Below are positions 27,161 to 40,530 of a stretch of 64,000 bases of DNA, piece after piece. Positions within the stretch are counted from its first letter, which is position 1; the number at the start of each line of letters is the position of its first letter. Under the pieces are notes generated by a model that worked only from the letters and a program-made list of their open reading frames with translations, ran no database searches and was not told the DNA's origin. The position numbers and the translations under genes are program-made. The DNA comes from Lama guanicoe (Eukaryota): assembly GCA_013239625.1 (NCBI GenBank), contig MU053810.1, positions 2,615,518-2,679,517 on the forward strand, given 5' to 3'.

Positions 27161-29827
27161 GTTTGCCTGATGGGGTACATTACCCGAGACCAGCTTTTAA
27201 GTTTGTTTCTTGACTTGGATTCCGGCACCCTTTAGATGAAGGATTTAGGGCCCGCGTTCTCTCTTAGCATAGGCTTGAGTTTCCTGTTTTTCGTGGGTGA
27301 CTCCCATTCACACTCAGATGAGTATAAGTGCAGCTTCTCTGGTGCTAGTGGTCCAGGACCATGTTTTTTGGGACTAGACTCCCCTTTGGTGGTGGGATAG
27401 GTCCTTACCAGCTCCTGTCCTTATGCAGGGAACCCAGTTAGAGCTCTTCAGCACATCTGTGGACTATGTAGTGTCATAGTCAACCCCAGCCTGTAAGGTA
27501 TAGTTGGATCTGATGTCTTCATTGACTGCCTCAGCTTCAACTAATGTTCATTCTGTTAGCTTTTAAGTTCTTTTTTATTCCTGCCAACTGGAGATTTATC
27601 TTAACCTACATAATTAAAAATTGCTTTCAAATATATTTATATTATTTATCTCTGGCTTCTGAGTGCAGGAACCTGGGATGGGGTGTCTTTAGAGGCAGTT
27701 AAAAAATATTGTATATAACTTTTTTCTTTTTATTTCTGTACAAACTTTTTAGTCTGTATATAGAATGCTTTCAAAATTTAGCATTTGCTAACTTTTTTCC
27801 TCTTACTTATTCATAACTAATATTTGCATTTAAATTCAGTGTAGCATCCTAAGTTCTATGGCTTTGAAAGAGATGATTTTAAAAAGTTAGCAGATTAGGG
27901 CTTACCACCATAGATAAAATAGCAAATAGCCAATATCCAGTGTCTCTCTTCTTGAATTTCTTTTTTTTACTGTGGGAATAGTGTAACAGCTGACATGAAG
28001 TAGGTGCTTAATACTTGCTTATATTCTTTTCTAACCAGCCTATATAATAGAGAAATGAAAACATAGGGGTACACTGATACATTGCCTATCTTGCTTGTTT
28101 ATTCCATTTGTTGTTTAGATTTAATTTTTTATGTTTATCAGAGTGATTAATGTACAAAGTCAGTAGTATTATAGGAATCTATCTCACACACAAAAACAGT
28201 ACCTTGCTGCTTGGCTCTTGAACACTCATCCCATTACCCAGAGGTACTCCTTTTTGGCTGTTCCTTCTGGTATTTTTTTCTGTATTTCTACAAGGAATGT
28301 AGAAGCAGTTGTTCTTGACATACCAAGTTTTAGAGGTTGTCTTTCAGTATATCACACACTTTGGTTAAGTCAGTAGTGTTAAACAGAAATACTTACATTA
28401 TTATGACTATTTAAATGTTTTGTTCATTTCTTAGCCTAAAGCATACTGTGATCGTTATATTGTGTTAATTTTTTTTCTTTTTCCCTGGGATTAATAATTA
28501 TCTTGTATTTTCATTTTCCTTGCGTTCTTTATTTAAGGCTAGATCTTCTGTATACTCTCTAGTTGCTTCTTCATATAATCTTCCATTTGGTTCATGAATC
28601 AGGTAGTCTCTAAGTTCAATTTTCTATAAATACCAAAAGTCCAAAAAAGGGAAACAGTTTTATCATCTTACTTGATTGATACTTTGCGTGAATATGGAAT
28701 TCTTGGTTGGAGCTAGCTTTCCTTCAAAGTTTTGAAGATGTTTCTCCATTGCTTTTTAACTCTCGGTATTTCTGTTAAGAAGACCAGTGAAGTTCTGATT
28801 TCTCATCCTTTGCATGTTATTGTTCTTTCTGGATTTAATATTTTTTTCTTTATCCAGGTTATCTCTGATATTTCTCATGGTAGTGTGCATTTCCTCACTC
28901 ATTTTACTGGAAACACAGTGGTCCTTTCAGTTTGGTAAATCATGTTAGGGCACATGAGTTCAGCTAGGGGAGAATTTTGGGGGGGTTATTTTATAATTTC
29001 CTCAGTTGTCAGTGTTTTCTTTTTTTTTTTATTTGTATGTTGGACCTTTTGAACTGATTTTGTAATTTTTTTTATTTTTTAGTTTTTAAATTTTATTTTT
29101 TTTTAAGTGTGGTTGATTTACAATGTTAGTTTTAGGTGTTCAGCAAAGTGATCCAGTTATATATATATACGTGCACATGAATATTTTTCAGCTTCTTTTC
29201 CATTATAGTTTCTGATCTTATAATTTTTAATGTATTGTGGTTTTCTATTTCTTTGTGTTTTACTTTCTAAGACAGTTTCTTTATTTTCCATCCCTTCACT
29301 TACATTTCTAAATTCTATTATACTTTCAATTTTCAAAGACTCTTTTATGCTTTCTGAATATTTATTTTTTATCATCTGCTTTTGTTTCTTGGGTGTAGTA
29401 TTTTCTTTTAACTCTGTGAGGATGTTAATCAGATGGTCGTTTTTGTTTTGTTTCAGTTTTCTGAAGTTTTCTGCTCCAGGGATTTTTCCTCAGAGTTCCT
29501 TTGTACCATTTGTTTTGACATCTCTTTTTGGACATTTTGCTTACAAATCTAGTGACTCTTAGCCATCTTATTTGAATTTAAGACAAGTTTCTAATGAGAT
29601 GACTGGAAGCTCTGCATGTGTGACAGAAATTGCTGGCTGATTGGCTTCATTATAGGTAATCTTATCTGGATTCCTTTTTAAGGATGCCACCAATTGGTTA
29701 GTTTATTCAGAGCAATATCCTCCATCATCTGTTTGGGATTCACAGACGTGGTTACCAATATTCTTTGAGCCAAGTAGTTGCTGGAATTTCACGATTCAGA
29801 ACTAGATTTTCAGTTGATTCTTATTTT

Positions 29828-29922
29828 GTGGGGGATTGATTGATTTAATGGTAGTACCAGAGATACCCAGGACCTCATGCGTGCTAAGCATGTACCCTAT
29901 CACTGAGCTATACCCTAACCCC
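29828..29922 (-). mobile_element. Degenerate Vic-1-like SINE
   Basis: cccaggacctcatgcgtgctaagcatgtaccctatcactgagctataccc. Confidence 0.8.
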
Positions 29923-31079
29923 TTCACTTAATTCTTTTTAGGTAGCTTAACGCTTTGCTCAGATGTACCTGATGTCTGCAAGTCCAGATTTCCTCTCATT
30001 TACCTTTTCTTCACTTTTCTAGGCTTAGGGAGAGGTAGTTACCTGATAGTGTGTAGTGAAGGGATTGAGGAGGTTGATTGGTTTTCAGATTACATCTTAT
30101 TCCTCCTGTTTTTAGCCTCATTTGAATCCATCTCTCTCAAATACATATGCCACCGCTATGCATGGCACCCCCTTAGCCCTAATGCCTGGTACTTAAAGTT
30201 CCTCCCATTTTTGGTGCTGTGTAATCTAAGATTCATGGCTTTTGGGCCCATCTTATGCAGCAACCTTTTCTGATCTGTTAAGTCATTTACTACTTCTTTT
30301 TAGCTTCCAAAATTTCATAACTGTTGTCTTCCCGTATGTTTGTTTTGTGTTTGTGACTTTATACCATTTTATGTCATTCAGTGGAATTTTAGAAAGGAGA
30401 GGATGTAGTTTTTAAGTGGATTTAACTACCTGTGTTCATGATGTAGTTTTTTTCCCATTTCTGCCAGGGTCTTGATTTATCTGTCCTTTTTGGTTGATTT
30501 TTTTCCCCACTCAGCTCACAATCATTTTTGAATCTTTCCATGGATTTTACTTTCCCTTAACATTTTTCACCCTTTTGCTTTTCCTCTTTCACTAGCAGAC
30601 TTCCTGGAAGAATAAAACCATAGTTGATGTCTTTGCTTCTTCAACTGCCTCCTGTAGTCTAGCCTCTTTAGTTGTGCTTAGTAATTAAAATATAACATAG
30701 TTGTCATTTTAAGCAGTAGCATATGAAATCTGCATTTGCTGTAGCTAGCACTCTCATCATGGACACTGTCCATTTTGTCCTTCAGTGACCCTTAGAGAAA
30801 AATCCATGTGCAAGAAACTCTTAGTAATTAAGTATCAGGAAAATTTTCTCCCTTTAGGGTCTGGTATATTTCCTCCTATTTGATAGCCCTATGATACACA
30901 TTCTGGTTTTCTTTTTGTTCTGGCTTCCAGGCAGCCCAGAATCAAATCTGGTCTTTAGTTACATCAGTTAAGTTAATCTGATTATTAGTATATTTGTTTT
31001 CTCCTCCTCCTCCTGTGGGAATTAGGACTTCACCTCTTACCTCTGTTTCTCTGCGTGTTGATTTCATTCTCTCATACTA

Positions 31080-31330
31080 CAGACTCTCTACTTCATGAGG
31101 CTGGAACCATGACTGCCGGCAGCTCTTGGCTCTCATCTTCCTAGCCCCTTCTACCAGAAGAAGGGGCTCTCTTGAAGAATCCTGGGAAGGACTCTGATTG
31201 GCCTGTCTTGGATCATGTACCCACCATCCCTGTGGCTGGAGTGGGGTGGGTACTATGAATGACAACCCTCACTAGAACTACATAGTTGGAGTCAGGGGTA
31301 AGAGCAGTTTCCCTAAATAAGGGGGAATGA
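31080..31330. mobile_element. Degenerate MaLR (MLT1-like) LTR fragment
   Basis: gggaaggactctgattggcctgtcttggatcatgtaccca motif. Confidence 0.45.
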
Positions 31331-32859
31331 CCCTCATACTGGCTTTCAATGTTCATTTTTCAATTTTTTTGTTACAATACAGGTATTTTATTTGTAGGCT
31401 GCCTCAAATCCTTTTCTGAAAAAATTTTAGGTATAAATAAATATCACAAACTCTCATTCACTCTTTAAATCATTACATTTGACCCTTAAGTTCATCACTA
31501 TTGAGTTTGCTATTCAAATGGCCAAGCCCAGAATTTTCTTTCCAATTTTCGTTATACTTGATCCACTTTCAGAGTTTAAAACAGTGATCACTCCATCTTT
31601 CTGGCAACTCCTTACCTGTGACTTCTGAGAAACTTTTCTTCTTTTGCCTCTTCAAACATTGCCTTTTGGATTCCTGTTTGGCATTACTTCTTTACTTCTG
31701 TAAAATTACATGATTGCTCTTCTGGCCTGTTTATATTTGACTGCCTGACCATAGGTAAACTTATGCATGCTTTTGGATGCCTCTTGGCATCAGTATCACC
31801 TGAACAGTTTTCTAGCCTTCAGATCCATATTTATAATTGCCTTCTGGATATCTAGGTATCCTAGCCATCATAAATTTAGTTTCTCTACTTCTGTAGTCAC
31901 TGATGTCATCTAAGCCTTACTTTTTTGGTCTAGATTATTACAACAGCTTAAATTTAGTTAACTTTTGGTTAGATGATATATTGACATGTTTCAGAAAATA
32001 CAATAAAAAGATGTTTAGTGAAAATTCTTCCTCTTAAACCTATCTCTTATTTGCCCAGTTTTGCTTCCCATCTTTCTACTGTTACTAGTTTTTTAATTCA
32101 TTTTTCTTGTTTCTTTATGTATGTACCTGTTAATAAATATATAGACTCTTATTTTTCTTCCTTTTCTACAAAAAGATAGCATATTACACATTCTTAGAGT
32201 GAACTCCTCCCTTATCTTCTTTTTACTTCTTTTTAGTATAATTCCCCATTTCAAGGTTATCTTCTGTAAAGCAAATATGATTGTTATTTCCTGGTTTCCT
32301 GTAGTGTTATATAACTGCTGGTACAGTTTCTGGTCCATATTATTTTCACTAATAGTGCTGTATTTCACTCTCACACATAAAATTTCTGTGCAGCATATGG
32401 CTGGGTAACCCCCTCCCCCAGCCCTCCCCCACCCCAAACAAAAAATTTAGTTTTATAGTTACGTAGTAGGGTCAGAAGTTGATGGTGGTATTGCTCTAGA
32501 GTCAAGTAGAAATTACAACTACTCTCACATGATGTAAATTGTTCTTTTTCCATCTATCTTGTCCCTCCTGTCCTATTCTCACTTTCTGTACTGTGTCCTC
32601 TACATAGCTGTGAGTAGACAAATAACCCAAAAAGATTACTTTCTACATGCTATTCTTGAATGCCACCAGTGCTTTTCTGTTCTCTGAGTCCCATAGCCCA
32701 AAGTATTTGTTGTCTTCTGTCTTAAAATTTTTTTGCTCTGATTTTAATATAATGAAGGCATGCTCAGTATTGGTAATTGGGGAAAGAAAGATAAGTAGAA
32801 AGAGAAAAAATACATAACCCATAATCTCATGCAGAGATATCAGGTAGAATAGTAGTAGT

Positions 32860-33195
32860 GTTACGATCACGGACCTTGGAGTCAGATGGACTAGTTTAAT
32901 GACTGGGCAGTTTATCTTCTAAGCCTTAGTTTCCTCATTTGCAAAATACCATGGAGCTCTGTTTATGTGCCAAGTATAGTCAGGTGCCAAGTATAGTCGG
33001 GTGCTTAATATAGAGGAGTAATCATTTCACCCTCTCAACAGGACAGTGAAATATAGATACTATTTTAACCTATTTTTTTTTTAATAGTGAGGCAGCTTGA
33101 GGCGCATAGAGTTTCAGGGTCACATAAAAATGGGTAAACCAGGTTTTGAACCCTGGGCACTCCAGAGATGATACTCGTTCTTAAGTGCTATGCTA
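32860..33195. mobile_element. MIR fragments in opposite orientations
   Basis: ggagtcaga...agccttagtttcctcatttgcaaaat (+) followed by gtgaggcagcttgaggc...ggtcaca...ggttttgaaccc (-). Confidence 0.55.
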
Positions 33196-33832
33196 TACTT
33201 CAGGTTATAGTTGAAGGAAGTAACCAGAAGTGTTAAATACATATGTATAATGTGAATATCTTCATCTTGATGTTATTTTAGAATAGGACAAAATGAATTA
33301 ACATCAATGTGGTGAGATTAGGAAGTATATCATCAGTTATAAGGGCCTCTTCTGAGGTTTATTAGTTTTTGCTATTGTATACTTGTGTTTTAGCCCCTTA
33401 GTTCCTACCTTACTCGTTTTGTCTTCAATGTTAGGATGGAGTAATTTAGATGAGCCGTATCTCTGTGCATGAAAGTTTGATTTTATTTAGACTTTCTGGA
33501 AGTTCTTTATTTTAATTTTTTGGACAACACATGATTAATATTTATGGATGTTTGTTTTTGGTAACTGATTTTTTGGAGAAAGTGCTGTTTTTCTCTCCCA
33601 TACACACTCCATCCTTTGTATTTCTTTGATGTATGGATAATGTATGTCAGAGTATATTTCCTTTGTCATTTAAACAAATAGCCGTGTATTACAAGCCATA
33701 AAAGGACGGATATTTTATTCATATTCAAAGACTCCTAATTTCTTTCATTTACTTTACTCATGTGTATTTATGTGTAGGATTTTCATAACTATTTTTTAAC
33801 TTGTAATATTGTTTTGACTTTGAAATAAAGCT

Positions 33833-34640
33833 TTTTTTTATTGACATATAGTTGATTTACAATGTTGTATTAGTTTTGGTTGTATAGCATGGTGATTCAG
33901 TTATACAAATATGCATTTTTTTTCATATTTTTGGAGTATTACAAGCTGTTGAATATAGTTCCCTGTGCTGTACAGTAAGATCTTGTTGGTTATCTACTTT
34001 GTATTATAGTAGTTTGTATCTTCTAATCCCAAACTCCTAAATCATCCCACCCTCACCTTCTCACTTTGGTAACCGTAAATTTGTTTTTTGTCTGTGAGTC
34101 TGTTTCTGTTTTGTAAATAAGTTCATTTATGTAATTTTTTTTAGATTCCACAAATAAGTGATATCATATTTGTCTATATCTGACTTACTTCACCAAGTAT
34201 GATAACCCCTAGGTTGATCTGTATTGCTGCAAATGGCATTATTTCATTCTTTTTTATGGCTAAGTAGTATTCCATTGTTTATATATATACACCACCACTT
34301 CTTTATCCAGTCATCTGTTGATGGACATTTAGGTTGCTTCCATGTCTTGGCTATTGGAAATAGTGCTGCTATGAACCTTGGGGTCTATGTATTTTTTCCA
34401 ATTAGAGTGTTTTACAGATACATGTCCAGCAGTCGGATTACTGGGTCATAAGGTAACTCCATTTTTAGTTTTTTAATGGAATCTCTATAGTGTTTTCCAT
34501 GGTGGCTGCACCAAATTACATTCCTACCAACAGTGTAGGAGGGTTCCCTTTTCTCCACACTGCCTCCAGCATTTATTGTTTGTGGACTTTTTAATGCAGG
34601 CCATTCTCGCTGGTGTGAGGTGATAACCTCTGTAGTGACA
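33833..34640 (-). mobile_element. L1 3' UTR/ORF2 end (cetartiodactyl-type)
   Basis: ttgacatatagttgatttacaatgttg...ttagattccaca...catctgttgatggacatttaggttgcttcc...gggttcccttttctccacac. Confidence 0.88.
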
Positions 34641-34654
34641 TCTTTTCATTTAAA

Positions 34655-34865
34655 AAATTTTTTTTTTATTTTAATGGAGGTACTGGGTATTAAACCCATG
34701 ACCCAGAATGAGAATTCCTTTTTTTTTTTTTTTTTTGTGGTTGGGGGAGGTAATTAGGTTTATTTTTTGCTTTTTTTTTTTTTTAATGGAGATACTGGGG
34801 ATTGAACCCAGGACCTCATGCATGCTACACCTGCACGTTACCACTGATCTATACCCACCCACCCC
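34655..34865 (-). mobile_element. Truncated plus full Vic-1-like SINE pair
   Basis: ttaatggaggtactgggtattaaaccc (34671-34706) then gggggaggtaattagg...gatactggggattgaacccaggacctcatgcatgcta...ataccc. Confidence 0.8.
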
Positions 34866-35094
34866 AGCAATTTCTTCTTAACAGCATTCTTCCAATCCAT
34901 GAACATAGGATGTCTTTACACTTATTTGTGTTGTCTTTCATTTCTTTCAGTTGCATTTTGTAGTTTTTGGTGTACAGGTTCTTTGCTTATGGATCAGTTT
35001 ATTCCCAGAGTTTTCTTTTTTCTGTTGCTGTTATTAATGCATTTAACTGTTTTCTTAATTTCTTTTTTGGATTGTTTATTTACAGTTTTGTAAA

Positions 35095-36780
35095 ATTAAA
35101 CCTTTCATTTTGAGTCAAATGTAGAGTCACATGCAGCTATAAGAAATAATACAGAGAGATCCTGTAATTTACTCGATTTACACAGTGCGAGCACTTTGAA
35201 GAACTATAGGATATCACCACCAGGATATTGAAACTGATATAGTTAACAAACAGAATAATTCCATTACTACAAGGATGCCTCATGGTACCCTTTTTTGTAG
35301 CCACACCTGCTTTCTTTCTGCTCCCAGGCTTAGTCCCTAGTAACTGCTAAGGTATTCTTTTTTTAAAAAATTATTTTTTTATTGAGGTATAGCTGATGTA
35401 CAATATGTGTGTTATAGGTGTACAACATAGTGATTCACAGTGTTTAAAGGTTATACTCCATTTGTGGTTATTTTAAAATATTTTAAAATACGGCTATTTT
35501 AGAATTTCTTGTGTTGTACAATATATCCTGTAGCGTATTTATTTTATACATAGTAGTTTGTACTTAGTCCCCTACCGGTGTTTTGCCCCTTTCCCTTCCT
35601 CTCCCCACTGGTAACCACTAGTTTGTTCTCTATGTCTGTGAATCTGTTTCTTTTTTGTTATATTCACTAGTAATACTTTATTTGTGTTTGTGTGTATATA
35701 TCTATCTATATCTATATCTATATCTATCTTCTTAATCCATTCATCTGTTGATGGACACTTAAGTTGCTTCCATATCTTGGTAATTATAAATAATGCTGCT
35801 ATGAACATTAGCAAGTATCTCTTTGAATTAGTGTTTTCATTTTTTTTCAGGTATATACCTAGGAATGGAATTGCTGGGTTATATGGTAGTTCTATTTTTA
35901 CTTTTTTGAGAAACCTACATAGTGTTTTTCACAGTGGCTACACCAGTTTACATTTCCACCAGTAGTACATGGGGGTTCCCTTTTCTCCACATCCTCATTA
36001 ACATTTGTTGTTTGTGATCTTTTTGATGATAGCCATTCTGAGAGATGTGAAATGCTGTCTCATTCTAGTTTTGATTTGCATTGCCCTGATAATTAGTGAT
36101 GTTGAGCACCTTTTGATATGCCTTTTGGCCATCTGACTGTCTTTGGAGAAATGTCTCTTCAGGTCTTCTGCCCATTAATGTATTCTTCAGTTCCGCGATT
36201 TTGTCTTTTCAAGAATGTTACATAAATGGAGCAACTTTTTTGGTATTAGGTTTTTTCAGCATAATTCTCTGGAGATTCCTCCAGGTTGTTAAATGTATCA
36301 AGAGTAGCATTTCTTTTCATCACTTAGTATTCTATATTATGGACATACCACAGCTTGTTTAATGATTCAGCTGCTGAAAGATCTCAGGTATTTCCAGTTT
36401 GGGGCCATTATGAATAGAGCTGTTGTACAATAAGCATTGATGTACAGGTTTTTGTGTAAACATAGATAGATCTTCATTTCTCTGGCATGAATGTCCAGTT
36501 GTAGAATTGCTGAGTTGTAAGGTGGCTCTGTGTTTAGCGTTTTCTTAAGAAATTGCCAAAGTGTTTTCCAGAGTGACTATACCATTTTATATTTCAACCA
36601 GAAATCTGTGAGTAATCCAGTTTTTTTGTATTCTTGCCAGCATGTAGCATTGTCTCTATTCTTTTTATTTAGTAATTTAATAGGTGTGTAGTGGTATCCA
36701 ATTGTGGTTTTAATTTGCAGTTACCTGATGGCTGAAAAATCTTTTCATGTACTTATTTGCTATCTGTACATCTTTTTTTT
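35095..36780 (-). mobile_element. Nested L1 fragments (younger L1 3' end at ~35370-36175 inside an older L1M)
   Basis: Two sets of antisense L1 3' end motifs; ORF 35572..35814(-) [27 protein letters not shown] matches the L1 ORF2 C-terminus. Confidence 0.85.
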
Positions 36781-37014
36781 TCCCCCTATTTTGGCAAGAC
36801 TTTTATTTCTTTACATTCTTTTTAAATTGCTAAATATACCAAAATCCTTAAATGAAACTCTAAAATGATTTTATGTTCATAATTTGACCATTCCAATGTT
36901 CTTTTTTTTATTGCAGTATAGTCAGTTTACAGTGTACAGCATAATAGTTCAGTCATATCTGTATATCTTCTTTTGGTCAAATGTTTATACATGACTCTTG
37001 CCTATTTTCTAATC

Positions 37015-37165
37015 TCTTTGTTTATTGATTGATTGACTATCAAAATATTTAGATTTAGATTTAGCCAGCTGGACTCAGTTAAGATGATTCCCATTTTGTT
37101 GGCAACATTCATTGCATCATACACTGGAGCCAGTTGAACATTTTGCCTTCTTCTCTCCATCAGGC
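37015..37165 (-). pseudogene. RPL23A: RPL23A processed pseudogene, 3' fragment
   Basis: Minus strand GCCTGATGGAGAGAAGAAGGCA...GTTCAACTGGCTCCAGTGTATGATGCAATGAATGTTGCCAACAAAATGGGAATCATCTTAACTGAGTCCAGCTG encodes PDGEKKA/NVQLAPVYDAMNVANKMGII, like RPL23A [27 protein letters not shown]. It has a 1-nt frameshift, the stop is mutated, and a degenerate A-rich tail follows. Confidence 0.88.
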
Positions 37166-37279
37166 TTGGAATGGAGAAGTAAACCTCAGCTCCTGCTGCC
37201 TTCACTGCCCACACATGCTCTCTTCCTCTTCCAGTCTTCTGGTGCATCAGTTGGTTCCTTTGTTCGTGTCATTCTTTTC

Positions 37280-40000
37280 TAAATAGTGATCATTCCACCC
37301 TTTGCTTAATTTTTTTGTACTGGAGTTTGACAGTTTGTATATTGTAGACATGAATGCTTTGTCAAATACATGATTTGCTCTTATTTTCTCCTAGGCTGGA
37401 CTTGTGTTTTCATCTTTGTAATGAACTCTGTTTTGCAGAGCAAAAGTTTTTAATTTTGATGAAATTCAACTTCCAAATTTTTCATTTTATGGATCATGCT
37501 TTTATTATCAAATCTGATAATCCTTTTAACTCTAAATCCCAAGGATTTTTCCCCTATATTGGATTTTCAAAAAATGTTTTATAGTTTCTTGCTTTACATT
37601 TAAATTTGTTATCCATTATGAGTTAATTTTTGTACAAGGTGTGTGACTCGGGTGAAGGTTTTTTCTTTTCTTTTCCTTTTTTTTTTTGGCCTGTGGGTGT
37701 CCACATACTCCAGTGCCATTTGTTGAAAAGTCTATTCTTCCTGCATTGAATTGTTCTTGCACTTTGTCCATTGTCAGCTGGCATAGGGAACTATATTCAA
37801 TATCTTGTAATAACCTTTAATGCAAACGAATATGAAAATGAATATATGTATACATATATATATACATATACGTGTATATGTATACATATATATATATGCA
37901 AACGAATATGAAAATGAATTTATGTATACATATATATGTATATATACATGCACGCACACACACACACATATATATATGCATGACTGGGACAGTATACTGT
38001 ACACCGGAAACTGACACATTGTAACTGACTATACTTCAATTAAAAAAAAAAGTCAGCTGAGCATCTTTTTTGAGTATATGTCTGGGTTTTCTGTTCTGTT
38101 CCATTGATCTATGTGTGTATATCTGGCAGTGACAACTGTCTTAATTCCTGTAGCTGTGTAATAACTCTTGAAATCAGGTAGATGATTCATTTTACTTTAT
38201 TCTTTCAAAATGGTTTTGTCTGTCTAGTTTCTTTGTATTGTTGGTTTTAATATATCTATATATCAGAATAATCTACCTGTGTATATCAGAATTTTTGCTA
38301 GGACTTTGGTAGGAATACTGTTAAACTAGAATATCAATTTGTGGAGAACTGACATCTTTACTATATTGAGTCTTCTAATCCATGAACATTGTGTCTTTCC
38401 ATTTATTTAGGTCTTTCTTGGTTTTTTTGGGGTCAGTTTTGCATAGTATTCAGCTTACAAGTCCTGTGTGTGTATGTGAATTTACACCGAAGAATTTTAA
38501 GTTTGGGAACGCAATTGTATATAATGTTGTATGTTTAATTTTGATGTCCACGTATTTTATTGGTAGTATATGGAAATAACAATAGGTTTTTATATTTATC
38601 TTGCATCCTACTACCTTGTTGAATTCACTTATTCTGGGAGTTTTGTTATAGATTCCTTGGGCTTTTTTATGTAGGTAGTTGTGTCATCTATAAATAGGGT
38701 TATTTTATTTCTTCCTTCTTGATTTGTATGTCTTTTATGCTTGCCTAATTGTTCTGGCTAGAAATTTCAGCACTATGTTGGTTAAGATTGATGAGAGTAG
38801 ACATACTTCTTTTGTGTCTGACCTTAGGGGTAAAGCATTCACTCAGTGATGAGAACCACTAAGTAGGATGTCAGCTGTAGGTTTTTTTTTTGTAGGTGTT
38901 CTATATGCAGTTGAGGAAGTTTACCTATATTCCTATTGTTCTTAGCTTTTTGAAAAATCATGATGGGTTCTGAAGTTTGTCAGTTATTTACTCTTCATCA
39001 GTTGATCTGTGTAGTGTTTTTCCTTTAGCCTGTTCATATGGTAGACTATATTCACTGATTTTGAATATTTAACCAATCTTGGAGTAAACCCCACTTGATC
39101 AGGGCATATGATTCCTTTTATATATGAAGAGATTCTATTTCTATTTTGTTAAGGACTTTTATGTCCCTATTCATGAGGGATATTATCTGTAGTTTTCTCT
39201 TTTCATACTGTTTGTCTGGTTCTGGTATTGGAGTAATACTGCCCTCATAAAATGAGTTGGGAAATGCTCCCTCACTTTCTGTTTTCTGGAAGAGACTGCA
39301 TGGAATTGGCGTTAATTCTTTAAACAGTTGAGTCAGTTGTCCTTTGAAGCTGTCTGGGCCTTCATATTTCTTTTTAGTAATTTTTTTATTGAAAAGTTTT
39401 TTAAAAATTGAAGTATAGTCAGTTTACAGTGTTGTGCTTTTTTGGTAGTTTTTAAGTACAAATTAAAATTTAAAAATAGAGGGCTTTTCAAATGATCAGT
39501 TTCATGATTGGTGAGTTGGAGTAGTTTGTGTTTTTCCAAGAAGAGATCCATTTCCTCTAAGTTGTGATATTTATGTGTGTGAAGTTGCTGGTAGCATTGG
39601 GTTATCCTTTTGATGTCTGCAGGAACTTTGCTGATAGCCCCTGTCTCATTGCTGATACTTGTCAGGTGTTGATAGAGGTTTATCAATTTTATTCATCTTT
39701 TCAAAGACCAGCTCCTAGTTTGTTGGTTTTGCTTTTTATCTATTTTAAATTTCAGTGATGTCTGCTCTTATGTTTGTTTTTTACTTCCTTCTGCTTGCTT
39801 TCAGTTTATTTACGTTTCCTGAGGTGGAATCTTAGGTTAATGTGTTGATTTTGAGACTTTTCCACTTTTTTTTTTTTTGCATTGTTATAAATTTCCCTCT
39901 TAACACTGGTTTAGCCATGTCCCACAAATTTTGGTAATGTTGTATTTTTGTTTTCATTTGGGTTAATTTTTTTTTCACTTTCCTTGTGGCTTCCCCTTTT
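37280..40000 (-). mobile_element. Old L1 ORF2 region, antisense, degenerate
   Basis: T-rich antisense L1 motifs; ORF 39333..39686(-) IKRITQCYQQLHTHKYHNLEEMDLFLEKHKL resembles L1 ORF2. Confidence 0.8.
37781..38050 (+). mobile_element. Relatively young, 5'-truncated L1 3' end with poly(A) and TSD
   Basis: agggaactatattcaatatcttgtaataacc...ctgtacaccggaaactgacacattgtaactgactatacttcaatt(A)n, flanked on both sides by gtcagctg. Confidence 0.85.
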
Positions 40001-40078
40001 ATTATTATGCCACATCTTTCAAGCCTCTGTGATTTCTGATGAGAAATCTACTCTTATTCAAGTTATTTTTTCCCTGTA

Positions 40079-40530
40079 TAGGTGTTCCTTATTTTATTGT
40101 ACTTCGCAGTTAAGTGTTTTTTTTCCCCTAACCAATTGAAGGTTTGTGGCAACTCTTCATTGAGCAAGCCTGTCTGCGCCATTTTTCGAACAGCATTTGC
40201 TCACTTCATATCTCTGTAACATTTTGGTAATTCTCACACTATTTCAAACTTTTTCATTGTTAAATTTGTTATGGTGATCTGTGATTAGTGATCTTTGATG
40301 TTACTATTACAACTAGCTGAAGGCTCAGGTGATGGTTAGCATTTTTTAGCAATAAAGCATTTTTTAATTAAGGTATGTCCTTTTTTTTTTTAGCTATAAT
40401 GCTATTGCACACTTAATAGGTTCTAGTGTAAACATAACTTTTATTTGCACTGGGAAACCAAGAAATTTATGTGACTCACTTTATTGTGGTGCTCTGCAAC
40501 CAAACCCACAATATCTCTGGAATATGCCTG
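40079..40530 (+). mobile_element. Tigger1 internal-deletion derivative (TcMar-Tigger, ~450 bp)
   Basis: Tigger1 5' end (aattgaaggtttgtggcaac...acattttggtaattctc...gtgatctttgatgttactatt) joined to its 3' end (gaaggctcag.tgat.gttagcatttttagc...cactgggaaacca...aatatctc.g..atatgcctg); TA/TG flanks. Confidence 0.85.

Noticed and set aside
37002..37247. 81-aa ORF as a functional ribosomal protein gene
   Set aside because: Only ~28 codons resemble RPL23A, with a frameshift and a lost stop. It is a pseudogene fragment.
37774..38019. Ile/Tyr-rich ORFs on both strands
   Set aside because: Translation of a TA/CA microsatellite within an L1 3' end.
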